Shown here: positions 1 through 11,122 of the stretch, piece by piece
Layout of the letters: each line of letters opens with the position of its first letter
How positions within the stretch are numbered: position 1 is the stretch's first letter
NCBI GenBank assembly: GCA_025558095.1
Contig: JAIVFI010000012.1
Coordinates: forward strand, 558,001 to 622,000
Reading direction: 5' to 3'
Origin: Hyaloraphidium curvatum SAG 235-1
Taxonomy: Eukaryota > Fungi > Monoblepharomycota
Length of the DNA stretch: 64,000 nt
The notes under the pieces: model-generated
What the model was told of the DNA's origin: nothing
The model's input: the letters and a program-made list of their open reading frames with translations, nothing else
Databases searched by the model: none
Position numbers and translations under genes: made by a program

Positions 1-7
1 TCGGGTC

Positions 8-373
8 ATGGAGGTGATCGTGGACTCGGTCGACGATTTCAAGCCGATCGACGGCCCCTGCGTGCAGGCAAAGAAACTAACTGATCGCATTCTCGACGTC
101 GACTCCTCCGCCAAAGCCGGCGTCGGAAAAGCCCTCGATTCGCTTCCGGGCGCGGTTCTCGCCGCGCAGCTGCTCCGCGAGCCCACGGACAAGGACAAGC
201 TTGCGATCCCGTTCTTCGGCGAGGTCCTCGGTGGCGCCTTCCTTGCGGCCATGGAAGCTCTGGATCCGCAACCGCCATCCGAGCCGTACACGCGCGTGGT
301 CCGGGGGTGCGCTGATCTCTGCACCCGGCTCGGCCGTGCGGGGCAGGCGTCGCGGTTCGCGGCCAAGATCTGA
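8..373 (+). CDS. Hypothetical protein, probably the 3' part of a gene starting upstream of the window
   Basis: GC3-rich open frame ending FAAKI*; no recognisable motif. Confidence 0.45.
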   Translation: MEVIVDSVDDFKPIDGPCVQAKKLTDRILDVDSSAKAGVGKALDSLPGAVLAAQLLREPTDKDKLAIPFFGEVLGGAFLAAMEALDPQPPSEPYTRVVRGCADLCTRLGRAGQASRFAAKI

Positions 374-407
374 TGGTCTTTGTTGTTATCTCACATTTTG
401 AACGCAA

Positions 408-895
408 TGGGATCAAGTCCTCAATCGAACGGGCTTCCACGTGAAAGAAGGAAGGCGGAGCTCGGGTCATCATTGACCCGGGCGGACTTGGGACTCACCT
501 TTCCAGCGAAAGCGTGCTCGTTTCCCGCCAACACCAGCGTCCCAAACCATGGAGAATCTTTCCGTGCCCTCTGCCCCGTCCCCCACTTCGGCAGAATGTT
601 CCGTCAGCTGCACAGGCCTCGCGACAACGTTGTTCGGATCGAGAGGGACGGAAAGATCCCCAGGGGCAAGATCGGGATCCGAGGCAGCGGGACTGTCACC
701 ATGAGCGTTCACTTTTTCCGCCCCCCGACCCCCGGGTCCCGGTTCATCCTTATGGACATGGAGAGCAGCATGATGCAGGGAATTGCTGACCACGCGATTT
801 ACCTATTCGACGCCGGGATTGCACGTCAGATTCAGCACATGTGGGCTGTCCAGAACCCGGAGGACGAGGCCGCGGGCATCAAGCCCAAGCTCTGA
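408..895 (+). CDS. Hypothetical protein or gene fragment
   Basis: Open frame ending GIKPKL*; coding-like 3' half; no recognisable domain. Confidence 0.3.
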
Positions 896-1175
896 TACAG
901 GGCTGTGGTTAGGCCGTCTCTTGTAAGAGACGCCTCTCGGGCACGGCAGAGGACGATGGATTGTTGACTCGGACGTCACGCTCTAGGAGAGACACAGATT
1001 GCTTGCCATTTGTGCTAGAATTGCCATAGAATGAGACCATAGAATCAGTATGGAATCTCGCTCAGTGTCTGGACCCCGGATGGCATAGAGGCCATCGGGC
1101 TTTTTCGCAGAGCTTCGAACTTCCTCAGCAAGTAAACGAACAAGTCGCAATCTATTGATAGAGCTGGGCTGGAAG

Positions 1176-2108
1176 TCACTTGCTGCCGCCGAACCACGAC
1201 ATGGTCCACTCGTACCCTGCGAGCAGAGCGTCAAGCAAGTCGACAAGATCAGCGCCAGAGATCACTCACAAGTCCGACCCTGCTTCTCGGCGTCCGCAAG
1301 GGCCTTCTTGAACTTTTCCTCCACCGTCGGGTCGTCGAAAAGCTTCTTGCCCTGCGCCACGGCGTCATCGTAGGCCTTGCGGGCGCGCGCTACGAGCTCC
1401 TTCGAGTCGAGGTTGATGGACTTGGCGAATGCATCCAGCTGCTCGCTGCCCTCGGCCAGCAGCGAGGAAATCTTGCCGTCGAGGTCGCCGGCAGAGAGCA
1501 GCTCGTTGACCTTTTCCTTGCCGGACTTGAGCGCGGCGGCAATCTTGTCGTCTGTTGGGCGCGGGGCGGTGAGCGGTCGATCATTGTGCGACGTGGTGGC
1601 CCCTACCGATGTCGAGGCTGCCGAGGAACTCCTTGACCTTGGCCGTGCCGTCCTCAAACAGTGCAACGGCCTTCTCATCTGCGCAAGCGTCGCCATTTGA
1701 GCGGTGGCGGCAGTCCTAGCCCCTCAACTCCAACGCACCGAGATCGGTCTTGTCCAGCAACTCCTGAGCCTTGCCCTTTGCCGCCTGAAGCGCTGCCACG
1801 GCCTTTTCATCTAGATCCGTAGAGTCAAGCACCTAGGGGGCCCGATTGAGCACACGCCCGCATCCGCAGGACTGCTTGCACACCTGCTTGACGTCGGCAT
1901 CGACTTGCTTTTTGTTTACGTAGTAGTAGTAGCCTGCGCCTGCGGCGATTGCGAGAACGGCGATCCGGCCGGCTCCTCCGCCCCCGCCGCCGCTCTGCGA
2001 CGCATAGCCGCGCGCGACCTGCCGCGAGGGCGCCGCAACGCGCGATGACCGCGATGCAGCGCGGGCGGTGGCGATGGAACGGCGGAGGAGGACGCGGCTG
2101 GCCGACAT
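1176..2108 (-). CDS. Mitochondrial-targeted single-TM protein with 24-aa amphipathic (LEA/apolipoprotein-like) repeats; 5 exons
   Basis: Arg/Ser/Ala-rich presequence MSASRVLLRRSIATARAA...RGYAS; TM IAVLAIAAGAGYYYY; spliced repeats DLDEKAVAALQAAKGKAQELLDK / DLDEKAVALFEDGTAKVKEFLGS / DIDDKIAAALKSGKEKVNELLSA; last exon GYEWTMSWFGGSK*. Confidence 0.75.
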
Positions 2109-2325
2109 CGTGTGTGGTGTCAGCGGGCGGTGGGATCAGGGCCTGTGTTGGACGCGTGATCGACCGCAGCGTGGTCCAAGCGTTTTCCTCCCGCCCGTTT
2201 CCCAAACTGTTCCGCGACCAGAGCTCTATGGAAACAGTTCTACGTACAATGCAGACGGAGAGTGGGCACAGCAGCCCTCCTTTTTCGACCGTAGCACCAC
2301 AAGCCAAGGCACGATCAGTGGACGA

Positions 2326-2526
2326 TCACTTCGATATCTTCGACTTGAGCTCGTCGACCGAGGCAGCGGCCTCGTCCTTCAGCTTCTTCACGGCCCCCTT
2401 AATCTCGTCGATGTTGCTCTGGCTGAATGTGCGCGCCTCCCACTCCTTCAGGGTCTCACCGGCCGGCGTCAAACGGACGAGGCCGTAAATGATTGCCACG
2501 TTCAAGGCCAGGATGCCTGCGACCAT
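2326..2526 (-). CDS. Small membrane protein (5' exon uncertain)
   Basis: Hydrophobic segment VAGILALNVAIIYGLV followed by a charged helix; strong coding codon bias. Confidence 0.55.
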   Translation of the reverse strand: MVAGILALNVAIIYGLVRLTPAGETLKEWEARTFSQSNIDEIKGAVKKLKDEAAASVDELKSKISK

Positions 2527-3046
2527 GGCGTACTGAGTCCAGGAGAGCTTTGAGCTCTAGTGTCGCGAGACAAGCCGTCCGGGAAGGTAATCACGGCGCC
2601 CAAGAGCGATCCGCGAACGGAGTTGACCGAGCGATCCGAAGGTCCAAGCAAACGAATCGGAGCCATCAGCAAGACAAAACGAGCCGAAGAGAGTGAGCCC
2701 GCATCGCAGAGAGCCATCAGGCGTCAAAAAGCACCCGGATGGCGCGAAATCGGAGTTTGGCGGAGGGGGATCGCGTCAGCTCGAAACCGCGGGAGAATCG
2801 CAGCGGAGGTCGGACCTTGTCGCCTTTGTCGCTCATCTTGACGGTAGTGGATCCTTACGAACGACGCACCAGTCTTTCGGAAGGTCGTGGCGCCGGTGTG
2901 GATGAGGCGAGGCGCGCGCGCGCGGGCGGAATGTCCTTCGGCACAAATCGATCCGTGCCCAAGTGCACAGCGCTTTCGTGAGCCCGGGAAAAGCGGGTTT
3001 GCGGGCGCTATATATTCTAGCGCTTGCTGCGCTCCTGTACCAGTGC

Positions 3047-3979
3047 ATGGGAAGCGTCTTTTCGTCGAACAGACCCGCTGGACCGCCGATCCTGCCGATG
3101 AGCGAGACCGCCAACGGAACGACCCAGACCGGAGATATGGCACTGCAGAAGGCAACGTTTGCTGCGGGATGTGGGTGTCCGTGATCTGCAACGCAGCGTT
3201 GTGTCCTTGAGCTCGTGGGCCGACAGGTTTCTGGGGCACGGAGAAGTTCTTCCAGAAGGAGTTCGGCAAGGGCATTACGGTGCGTTGAGGCACATTCAGA
3301 ACCGCAGACGGGATCATTGGGCAGAGATCTTTGAGGAAAACGTTGCCGGCGATTCTCCCGGTGGTTGCAGGAGGCGATTCTCACCTGGGAAGACGCGAGA
3401 TCTCGTCTGCGCGGGAGACCCCCCATCGCAGCCGCTGACGCCCGCTGCCGCCGGCAGAGTATCATGGTCGGCTACACCGGAGGCCACACGCAGAACCCTA
3501 CCTACCGCGAGGTGTGCTCGGGCACCACGGGCCACGCCGAGGCCCTGCTGTTCGAGTACAAGCCCGACCTCGTGAAGTACGAGGACCTGGTCCACTTTTT
3601 CTTCAAGTTCCACGACCCCACGACGCCCAACCGCCAGGGCAATGGTGCGATTGCTTTGTTTGCCGGAGAGGACGCGGGTTTGGAGAGCTGACAATGTCGC
3701 CTCCAGACGTCGGCACCCAGTACCGCAGCGCCATCTTCTACCACACCCCGGAGCAGAAAGTGATCGCGGAAAGGGTCATCCCCGAGGCGCAGAAGAACTG
3801 GAAGCGCAAGATCATGACGGAGATCTCCCCCGCGACGGTGTTTTGGCCGGCGGAGGAGTATCACCAGCAGTACCTGGAGAAGAACCCTGGCGGCGTAAGT
3901 CCCCCAGCCTTCCCCCTCGCCCCCGGACGTGTCTAACAGGCGCTTTACACAGTACTGTAACCACTATTCGCGTTACTAA
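3047..3979 (+). CDS. msrA: Peptide methionine sulfoxide reductase A (5 exons)
   Basis: Spliced ATFAAG-C-FWG (GGA T|GT TTC TGG), [66 protein letters not shown]. Confidence 0.95.
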
Positions 3980-4396
3980 ACAAACAAGGACAAGAGCGCA
4001 GCGGGCAACGGGGCAGACTTCGAACGGCGCTGGTGCGACCTCTTCGATGGATCAGTCTTTTGTTTCTCAATACAACATTGCCTTCGATGAAGCATATTCC
4101 ATATGCGAGCTATACCAGCTAAAGCAGGCCAAGATGTGTCGAGTAGAATGGATCCATTTCGATGTCCTTCGGCATAAACGGGACACCGTTTGGCAGACCG
4201 CTAAGGTCAATTTGCTGCAACCTATCTTCCCACAACATCAATCATGGTTCACAGTTGATTTCGAATCGTAACCTTGAGGTATCTGCCACAACATCCTTCC
4301 CTAGTCCCCCTCCTTCCGCTACACCACAGCGCGCCAACGTCCCAGCTCTCCCTCCTCGGTGGTGTGCAACCAACCGCCCCGCTTTGGTATCACGAA

Positions 4397-7300
4397 TCAC
4401 AGAACGAAAAGAAACTGGCACGGCATGGCACGCGTCAGGCACCAAGGCATTACGGAGGGCGCGGCCAAAGGCGCACCTTGAGATCATCCTCGGTCAGCTT
4501 CGCCAGTGCGTCCATGTCCTTCCCGACCGTGCTCTCAAATAGCAGCTTCTTCTTTTCCTGGAGCTGGAGGATCCGGCTCTCTATCGAATTTTCGATGATG
4601 ATCCGCGTTATTCTAATCGAACGGGCGGTTAGATCGAGGCAACGACAGCTGCGGCCAAACGCACTTTATCGGACGGTGCTGGCCGAGTCGGTGAATGCGG
4701 TCCATCGCTTGATCTGCCAAGGAGACCACAGTCAGCTTGCGTCCCGCCCGAGGCAGCAATCGACATCGCGCACCCTCGACCGCCGGGTTCCACCAAGGGC
4801 TGCAGAGGTTCAATCAGCACAAGCAAGGCTACCAGAGACGGGCTCCACTCACTCGAGCATGAAGACGGCGGACGCCTCGGTCAGGTTGAGCGCGATTCCT
4901 GCGACGTCGGTTTAACAAAGCGTGAAGCGGACGTGCCGGAAAGACTCACCTCCAGCCTTGAGGCTGATCAGAAAAACGGTGATCTTCGGGTCCGTGTTGA
5001 ACGCGGTGATGATGTTGGCCCTCTAAAGAAAAAACGAAGCAGGCATTAATGCCGAAGAGCGAACGCGACCTGAGCGCGCAGGTTTCACCTGCTGCGGACT
5101 CATGCGGCCGTCGAGTTTGACGCAGGTAAACCCGGACCGCTGCAGCCTCCAGTGCACGAGGTCTAGGAAGTTGGTGAACTGGGAAAAGCAGATGGCCTTG
5201 ACCGTGGCGTCGTTGGACCGCAGGTTCTGGAGCTCCTCGACCAGGGCCTCGATCTTGGTGCTGCTCCTCCAGCGCGAAAAGTCCAGGTAGTTGACGATCG
5301 AGGCGCGCATTTTCTTGTCGGCCTCCGCGGCGTCCGAGAGCTGGACCCCGGGCTGCGACAGGTCGATGTTCAGGTTCCTGAAACACACTGCAGGTACGGG
5401 TCGCTCAAGGGGATGAAGACGGGGAGTCCAGCCAAGGGCCACCAACCGGGGCACTTGGGCGTGGGGTCGGCGCAGCCCTCCATGTACTGCGAGACATCCT
5501 CGCGGCAGAAGGTGTGCTTGCACGAGGAGACAACCGCGTCCTCCGCCGGCTCGTGGCCTGCAAACACCGCGGTCAGAAAGTAGGCAAGAGGACTGACAGC
5601 ATGCTTACAGATTCCGCAGACCAGGGCGTTGACCTTCTGGTTTCCGGAAACCAAGGCCTTCTTGGTGACGAGATCGGGATGGTTCGACGCCTGGCGCATC
5701 CGCATCAGCAGCTCGAAGATCTAGACGCAAAAGTCAGATCGGCTCGCGCAGCACCCTTTCGGTGACGGCAAGCTCACGTTCGCGTAGTTGTTCAGGACGC
5801 GATCCTCCGCCACGTAGGTATCGAACTTCCTCTTGGCGTCGCCGTAGAGGCTGTTGTACAGGTCCTCCTCCTCCTCCCCGAAGTAGTCGCGGCGGACGAT
5901 CACGACCCGCGGGGGCAGGCCCAGGTCGGCGGCGCGTTCCAGCTTGGTGCGGCGCAGCATGATCTTGTCGAGCAGGTGGGAAAGCTTGCGGAACGCAACT
6001 TGGCTGCGGTGGATGGCATGTCAGATCGATGGTCGATTCGATAACGAGAGCAACGAACCCGTCTTCCTGCTCCCCGCCGTAGTTCTGGATGGGCTTCAGG
6101 ATCTCGCGGTTCCACCAGCAAAAGTGGGCCATCGGCTTGTGCCCGCAGTCGTCGCAGTTCCGCCGGTCCGAGAAGGCCCAGGAGAGAGACTTGCAGCTGC
6201 ACCCGCTGCAGAAGTAGTATGCGAACGGATCGCACCTGGGGAAGGGGAGGTTCAGAATTGAGGCCGGACCGGCAGCGAATACCAATACCACTCACTTCAG
6301 GAAGCGGAGCAGGCTGTAGAGCTCCCCGACCCTGTTCTGCAGCGGCGTCCCCGACAGGCACCACTTCTTGTCGCACTGGAGCGCAAACACCGCGCGCGCC
6401 GTCGAGCAGCTCCTGTCCTTGATCGAATGCGCCTCGTCCAGCACGATGCGGTCGAACGCGATCGAGTGCAGGAGCGACTTCTCCTTGACCAGCTGCCCCT
6501 TGCGCCGGAAGCCGTAGTGCTGCTTGCGGTGCGAGGACTCGACGATCGAGTAGGTCGAGAGCACGACGTCGCAGGACGTCAGCTCCTCCGCCGTGGCCGG
6601 CCGGTCCGAGCCGTGGTAGACCATGACCTTGAGCGTGCCGGGCAAGGTGTGCTTGAGGATCTCCTCGTTCCACTGGAGCAGCGCCACGGTCGGCGTCAGG
6701 ATCAGGTTGGGTCCGAGCCGTTCCTGCGCGACCAAGAGGGCGATCGTCTGAATGGTCTTGCCCTGTTGAAGAGTCGACAGGACGGGATCAGTGCGAACTC
6801 GTTTCCTGGACTCGAGCCGTCAACGTACCATGCCCATCTCGTCCGCCAGGATTCCGCCCTTGAAAGCAGAGTCCTCTTGCTGCCTCATCCAGGCCAGCCC
6901 TTCGAGCTGGAAGGGCAGGAGCTTCGTCGTCAAGGCGGGCGGTTGGGAGGACGCCTCGCGCTTGGTCTTCGCCTTGCGATCGTATCGCACCGACAGGTCC
7001 ACGGCCGACCACACCTGGTGCACGGGACGCATCAGCAAAAGGAGATGGAGCTCCGCCACCACGAATTACCTCCTTCAGCTCGGGGTGGTGCTTCTCGACC
7101 TTTGCCTTGGTCGTCGCCTCCCTCTTCCGCCGCGCCTCTTCGAGCTTCTGCCGCCGGGCCGCGGTGTCGGCAGGAGTAGCCCTGGCCCTCGGTGCAACAC
7201 GTGCGACTCGCTCCTCCTCCCCCGATTCGCTGTCCGACGAGTCGGTGCCAGTGGATGAGCTTTCTTCGCTCGACGATGAATCCCCCGAGTCCGAGTACTC

Positions 7301-7711
7301 GGAAGCCGAAGTGCCCGCGCCGTCCGCAGCCTTCCTGCCTCCGCGAGCAGACTTCGCAGGGCTCTTTGCAGTCTTGCGCGGCGCATCGGGCTTCGCCCGC
7401 TTCTTGTGCCGATCCACCGGGCGCTCGGAGCCGGACGAAGATCCGCTGTCGTCCTCCGCCAGGCTGCGCTTCACGCCCTTGGCAGCCGCCGAGGATGCTT
7501 TGCGTGCGGCGACCTTCTTCTCCCGCACGCGCTTCTCGACCCCGCGGTAGGCCTCGATGGAGCTGCTCGATTCGGAATCGGAGCCCGACGTCAACGTGCT
7601 TTCGTCCGACGACGCCGTGGACGCGTCCCGCGCGGCCGCCTTGCCCGCGGCGCGTCCGGCGCCCTTTTTGGAAGCGCCCGCGGCAGTGGCCGCGCCATCG
7701 CGGCGGGGCAT
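4397..7711 (-). CDS. RAD16: DNA repair protein Rad16/Rhp16 (SNF2 ATPase with RING finger), multi-exon
   Basis: [63 protein letters not shown]...CKHTFC...[26 protein letters not shown]; final exon FLFVL*. Confidence 0.93.
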
Positions 7712-7828
7712 CGCGATGGCAGTGGGACGGGCGGCACGGCACTGTTTGTGTGGAGTCGGTAGCGTCGAGCGCGCGCATCACTCCTAGCCCGGCAACATCT
7801 CCGCGCGCGCGACTCAAGCCGGGGCACG

Positions 7829-10800
7829 ATGGAAAAGGAAAACGCGCCGGGTCCCGATATGGTGGTTTCGAACGGGCCCGGGGAGCCCGCGGCGGCGGAC
7901 GGCCCACCTGCGAGGCAGGATCTCGCCGAGAAGCTCGCCGCCTTGGGCATCGGCAGGGACATTCGGGTCGCGGACTACGTGCGGAAGCCGGACGTGGACG
8001 ACAGGCAGTACCGGTTGCTGGAGCTGCCGAACGGTCTCGAGATCCTGCTGGTCCACGATGCCGAAACTGAAAAGGCGGCCGCCGCCCTGGACGTGAACGT
8101 GGGACACCTCGCAGACCCCGACGAGTGGCAGGGTCTTGCGCACTTCCTCGAGCACCTCCTCTTTATGGGGACGGCCAAGTACCCGCAGGAGAACGACTAT
8201 TCGGACTTCCTGGCGAAGCACGCAGGCTACTCGAACGCGTTCACGGGCCCCGAGGACACGAACTACTACTTTGAAGTTTCTTCCGACTTTCTCGAGCCGG
8301 CCCTGGACCGCTTCGCGCAGTTCTTCATCTCGCCCCTGTTCAACGCGTCGGGTGTCGACCGGGAGATGAATGCCGTCGACAGCGAGCACAAGAAGAACCT
8401 GCAGAGCGACCCGTGGCGGCTGCATCAGATCGACTGCTCGCTTTCGGATCCCGGTCACCCGTGGTGCAAATTCGGGACGGGCTCCTTGGAGACCTTGAAG
8501 AGGGAAGGGCAGGACATCCGGGAAGCTCTGATCGCTTTTCACGCCAAGTGGTATTCGGCGAACCTCATGAAGCTCGTCGTCCTCGGCAAAGGTGGGGATA
8601 CTGTAACCGATTCCTTGTCTTGATCTAACGGAGTCTGTCTCGCTAGAATCTCTCGACGAGCTCACCCTGATGACGGTGCCGCTCTTCCAGACAGTGCCCA
8701 ACAAGAACCTTCATCCTCTCACCTTCTCCACGAACCCCCTGACGACGTACTTTCTCCTCAAGCGCGTGCATGCGCGTCCAATCAAGGACCTGCGGACACT
8801 GGAGCTCGTGTTCCCATTTCCCGACACCACCTCCCAATACCGGGTGCAGCCGGCCCGCTACCTTTCCCACCTCATCGGGCACGAAGGCGCTGGCTCGCTC
8901 CTGTCGTACCTTAAGACAAAAGGCTGGGGAATGGGGCTGTCGGCCGGCGAGGGACGGGGCGCCGCGGGTTTCGCGTTCTTCAGGATCCACATCGAATTGA
9001 CGCCGGAAGGACTGGAGAAGTGGCGCGACGTCGTCCTGGCCTGCTTTTCGTACATCGCCATGCTCCGTCGCGAAGGCGTGCACGAGTGGATCTGGCAGGA
9101 GACGGCGCGGTTGGCGGAGATCTCGTTCCGCTTCCGCGAGAAGAAGCAGCCGTCCTCGTTCGCCTCCCGGATCGCCGGCCAGATGCAGCTCTACCACGGC
9201 GACGAGATCCTCTCGGGACCGTACCTGATGCACGAGTTTGACCGCAAGGCGATCGAGGAGTGCGTGGAGGCCCTGCGCACCGATTGCTGGAGGGTCGTCC
9301 TCGTTTGCCGCGCGGACCTTCCCGACGACGGGGCGTTCGAGAAGGAGAAGCACTACGGCGTGGAGTACGCCGTGGCGGACGTTTCGGACCTCGTCAAGGA
9401 GATCGACGGGCTGGCGCCGGATCCGGCGTTTTTCCTCCCGATAGCCAACGAGTTCGTCCCGGACAACCTCTCCGTCGGGGACCGCGCCGAAGGCCGCCGG
9501 ACCCCGCGGCTGCTCCTCAACACGGACCGCTGCATGCTCTGGCACAAGAAGGACACGACGTTCCTGGTTCCCAAGGCCAACGTCTACATCCTCTTCCGAA
9601 CCCCGCTGGCGTACCTGGATCCTTTTGCGTCGGCCGCCGCGAGGATGTTCACGGAACTTCTGCGCGATTACCTGAACGAGCGCGCCTACTACGCCGAGGT
9701 CGCCGGCCTGTCCTACTCCCTCGAGGCGCAGGTCGACGGGATCGTGCTCTCGCTGCAGGGATACAGCGACAAGCTCCACGTGCTGCTCGCCCGCGTGCTG
9801 GAGGCGATCAAGTCCCTGGACTTCTGCCCGCCGGATCGTTTCAGCCTCGTCCGCGAGCAGCTTGAAAGGACCTTTGCCAACTACAAGCTCAACGCGCCCA
9901 ACTCGCACGCCATCTACAACCTCACGCGGATCGTCCAGGACGTTCTGTGGATGCACGAGGAGAAGCTGGCCGAGGTGCAATCCGAGGGCTTCACCCCCGA
10001 GGCGATGCGGGCCTTTGTTCCCCGGCTGTTTGAACGGTGCTCCGTGGAGATGCTGGTGCACGGGAACGTTGACGAGGAAGGAGCGCGGAAGCTCTTCGAG
10101 GAGGTGGACACCATCCTGCCGGGGAAGCCGCTGCCCGAGGCGGAGAGGAAAAAGAGCTCGCGCAGCATGGTCCTTCCGGACGGACAGAGTTGGACGCTCC
10201 AGCTGGACGTGCCCAACGTCGACAACCCGAGTAAGTCTCTGGTTGCGCCGTTGGAAGATGTGTTGCTGATTCGTTCCCAAGACTCTGCGATCGAGTACTA
10301 CGTCGAGTGCGGCGATCCTTACGACGTGGCGCTCAGGTGCCACGTCCAGATGCTCTCGCAGATCGCTTACGAGCCTTGCTTCGACCAGCTTCGGACCAAG
10401 GAGCAGCTGGGCTACCTCGTCTGGAGCGGTTCGCGCCGGCAGGCCGGCACAGTGGGCTTCCGTATCGTGGTGCAGAGCGAGAAGGAACCGACGTACCTGG
10501 AGACGAGGATTGAGGCCTTCCTGATCCAGCTCCGGACACTGATTGCCGAAATGTCGGACGAGGACTACGAGAAGCATGTCCAGGCGCGTGTGCTCTCGCT
10601 GCTCGAGAAGGACAAGACCCTGGCCGCGGAGTCGTCGCGTTTCTGGTCCCACATCGAAGGCCAGGGTCGGGCGTACGAGTTTGAGCAAGGTGGGTTTCGC
10701 GTCGCTATGTTTGCTGCTTGTCGGCGCTAAGTCCTATGGTGCAGAGCGTACCGACGCCGAGTTCCTCAAGAGCCTGCCGAAATCCTCGCTCCTGACCTTC

Positions 10801-11007
10801 TACGACGAGTACATCATGCCCTCTCCCGCGTCGCCGAAGCGACGGAAGCTCTCGGTGCACATGCGCTCGCAGCTTGCCAAGCCCGAGGAAGGGGCTGCGC
10901 TGCCGGAGGACACTCGCTTTATCAAGGACGTGGTGGACTTCAAGACTTCGCTGGCCATGTCGAAGGGGTCCACGCCGGTCAAGCCATTGGAGGAGTACAT
11001 GGCGTGA
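7829..11007 (+). CDS. STE23: Insulin-degrading enzyme / Ste23-like M16A metallopeptidase
   Basis: Inverted zinc motif GLAHFLEHLLFMGT, NAFT, REMNAVDSEH, HLIGHEG, FDQLRTKEQLGYLV, RRKLSVH. Confidence 0.93.
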
Positions 11008-11038
11008 TGTGCCATTGGAGGAGTACATGGTGTGATGT
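10983..11038 (+). repeat. 28-bp tandem duplication spanning the IDE stop codon
   Basis: gccattggaggagtacatggcgtgatgt followed by gccattggaggagtacatggtgtgatgt (1 mismatch). Confidence 0.9.
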
Positions 11039-11122
11039 GCTCTTTTGCCGGCATTACTGGAACATGGTGGATGACGTGACAACTACAACTTTTCTTGACA
11101 CCTCCGCGTCCACACCGCGCAC

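Noticed and set aside
914-931. Short inverted repeat cgtctctt-gt-aagagacg
   Set aside because: An 8-bp stem with no partner element or target-site duplication; expected by chance.
3159-3240. Possible selenocysteine in the MsrA active site (some early-diverging fungi use Sec)
   Set aside because: The spliced codon is T|GT = Cys (GCFWG); there is no in-frame UGA.
8643-10688. 681-aa minus-strand ORF, and similar long antisense ORFs at 33468-35168, 42484-44103, 29354-30799 and 61859-63586
   Set aside because: These are shadows of real GC3-rich genes on the opposite strand and carry no motifs.
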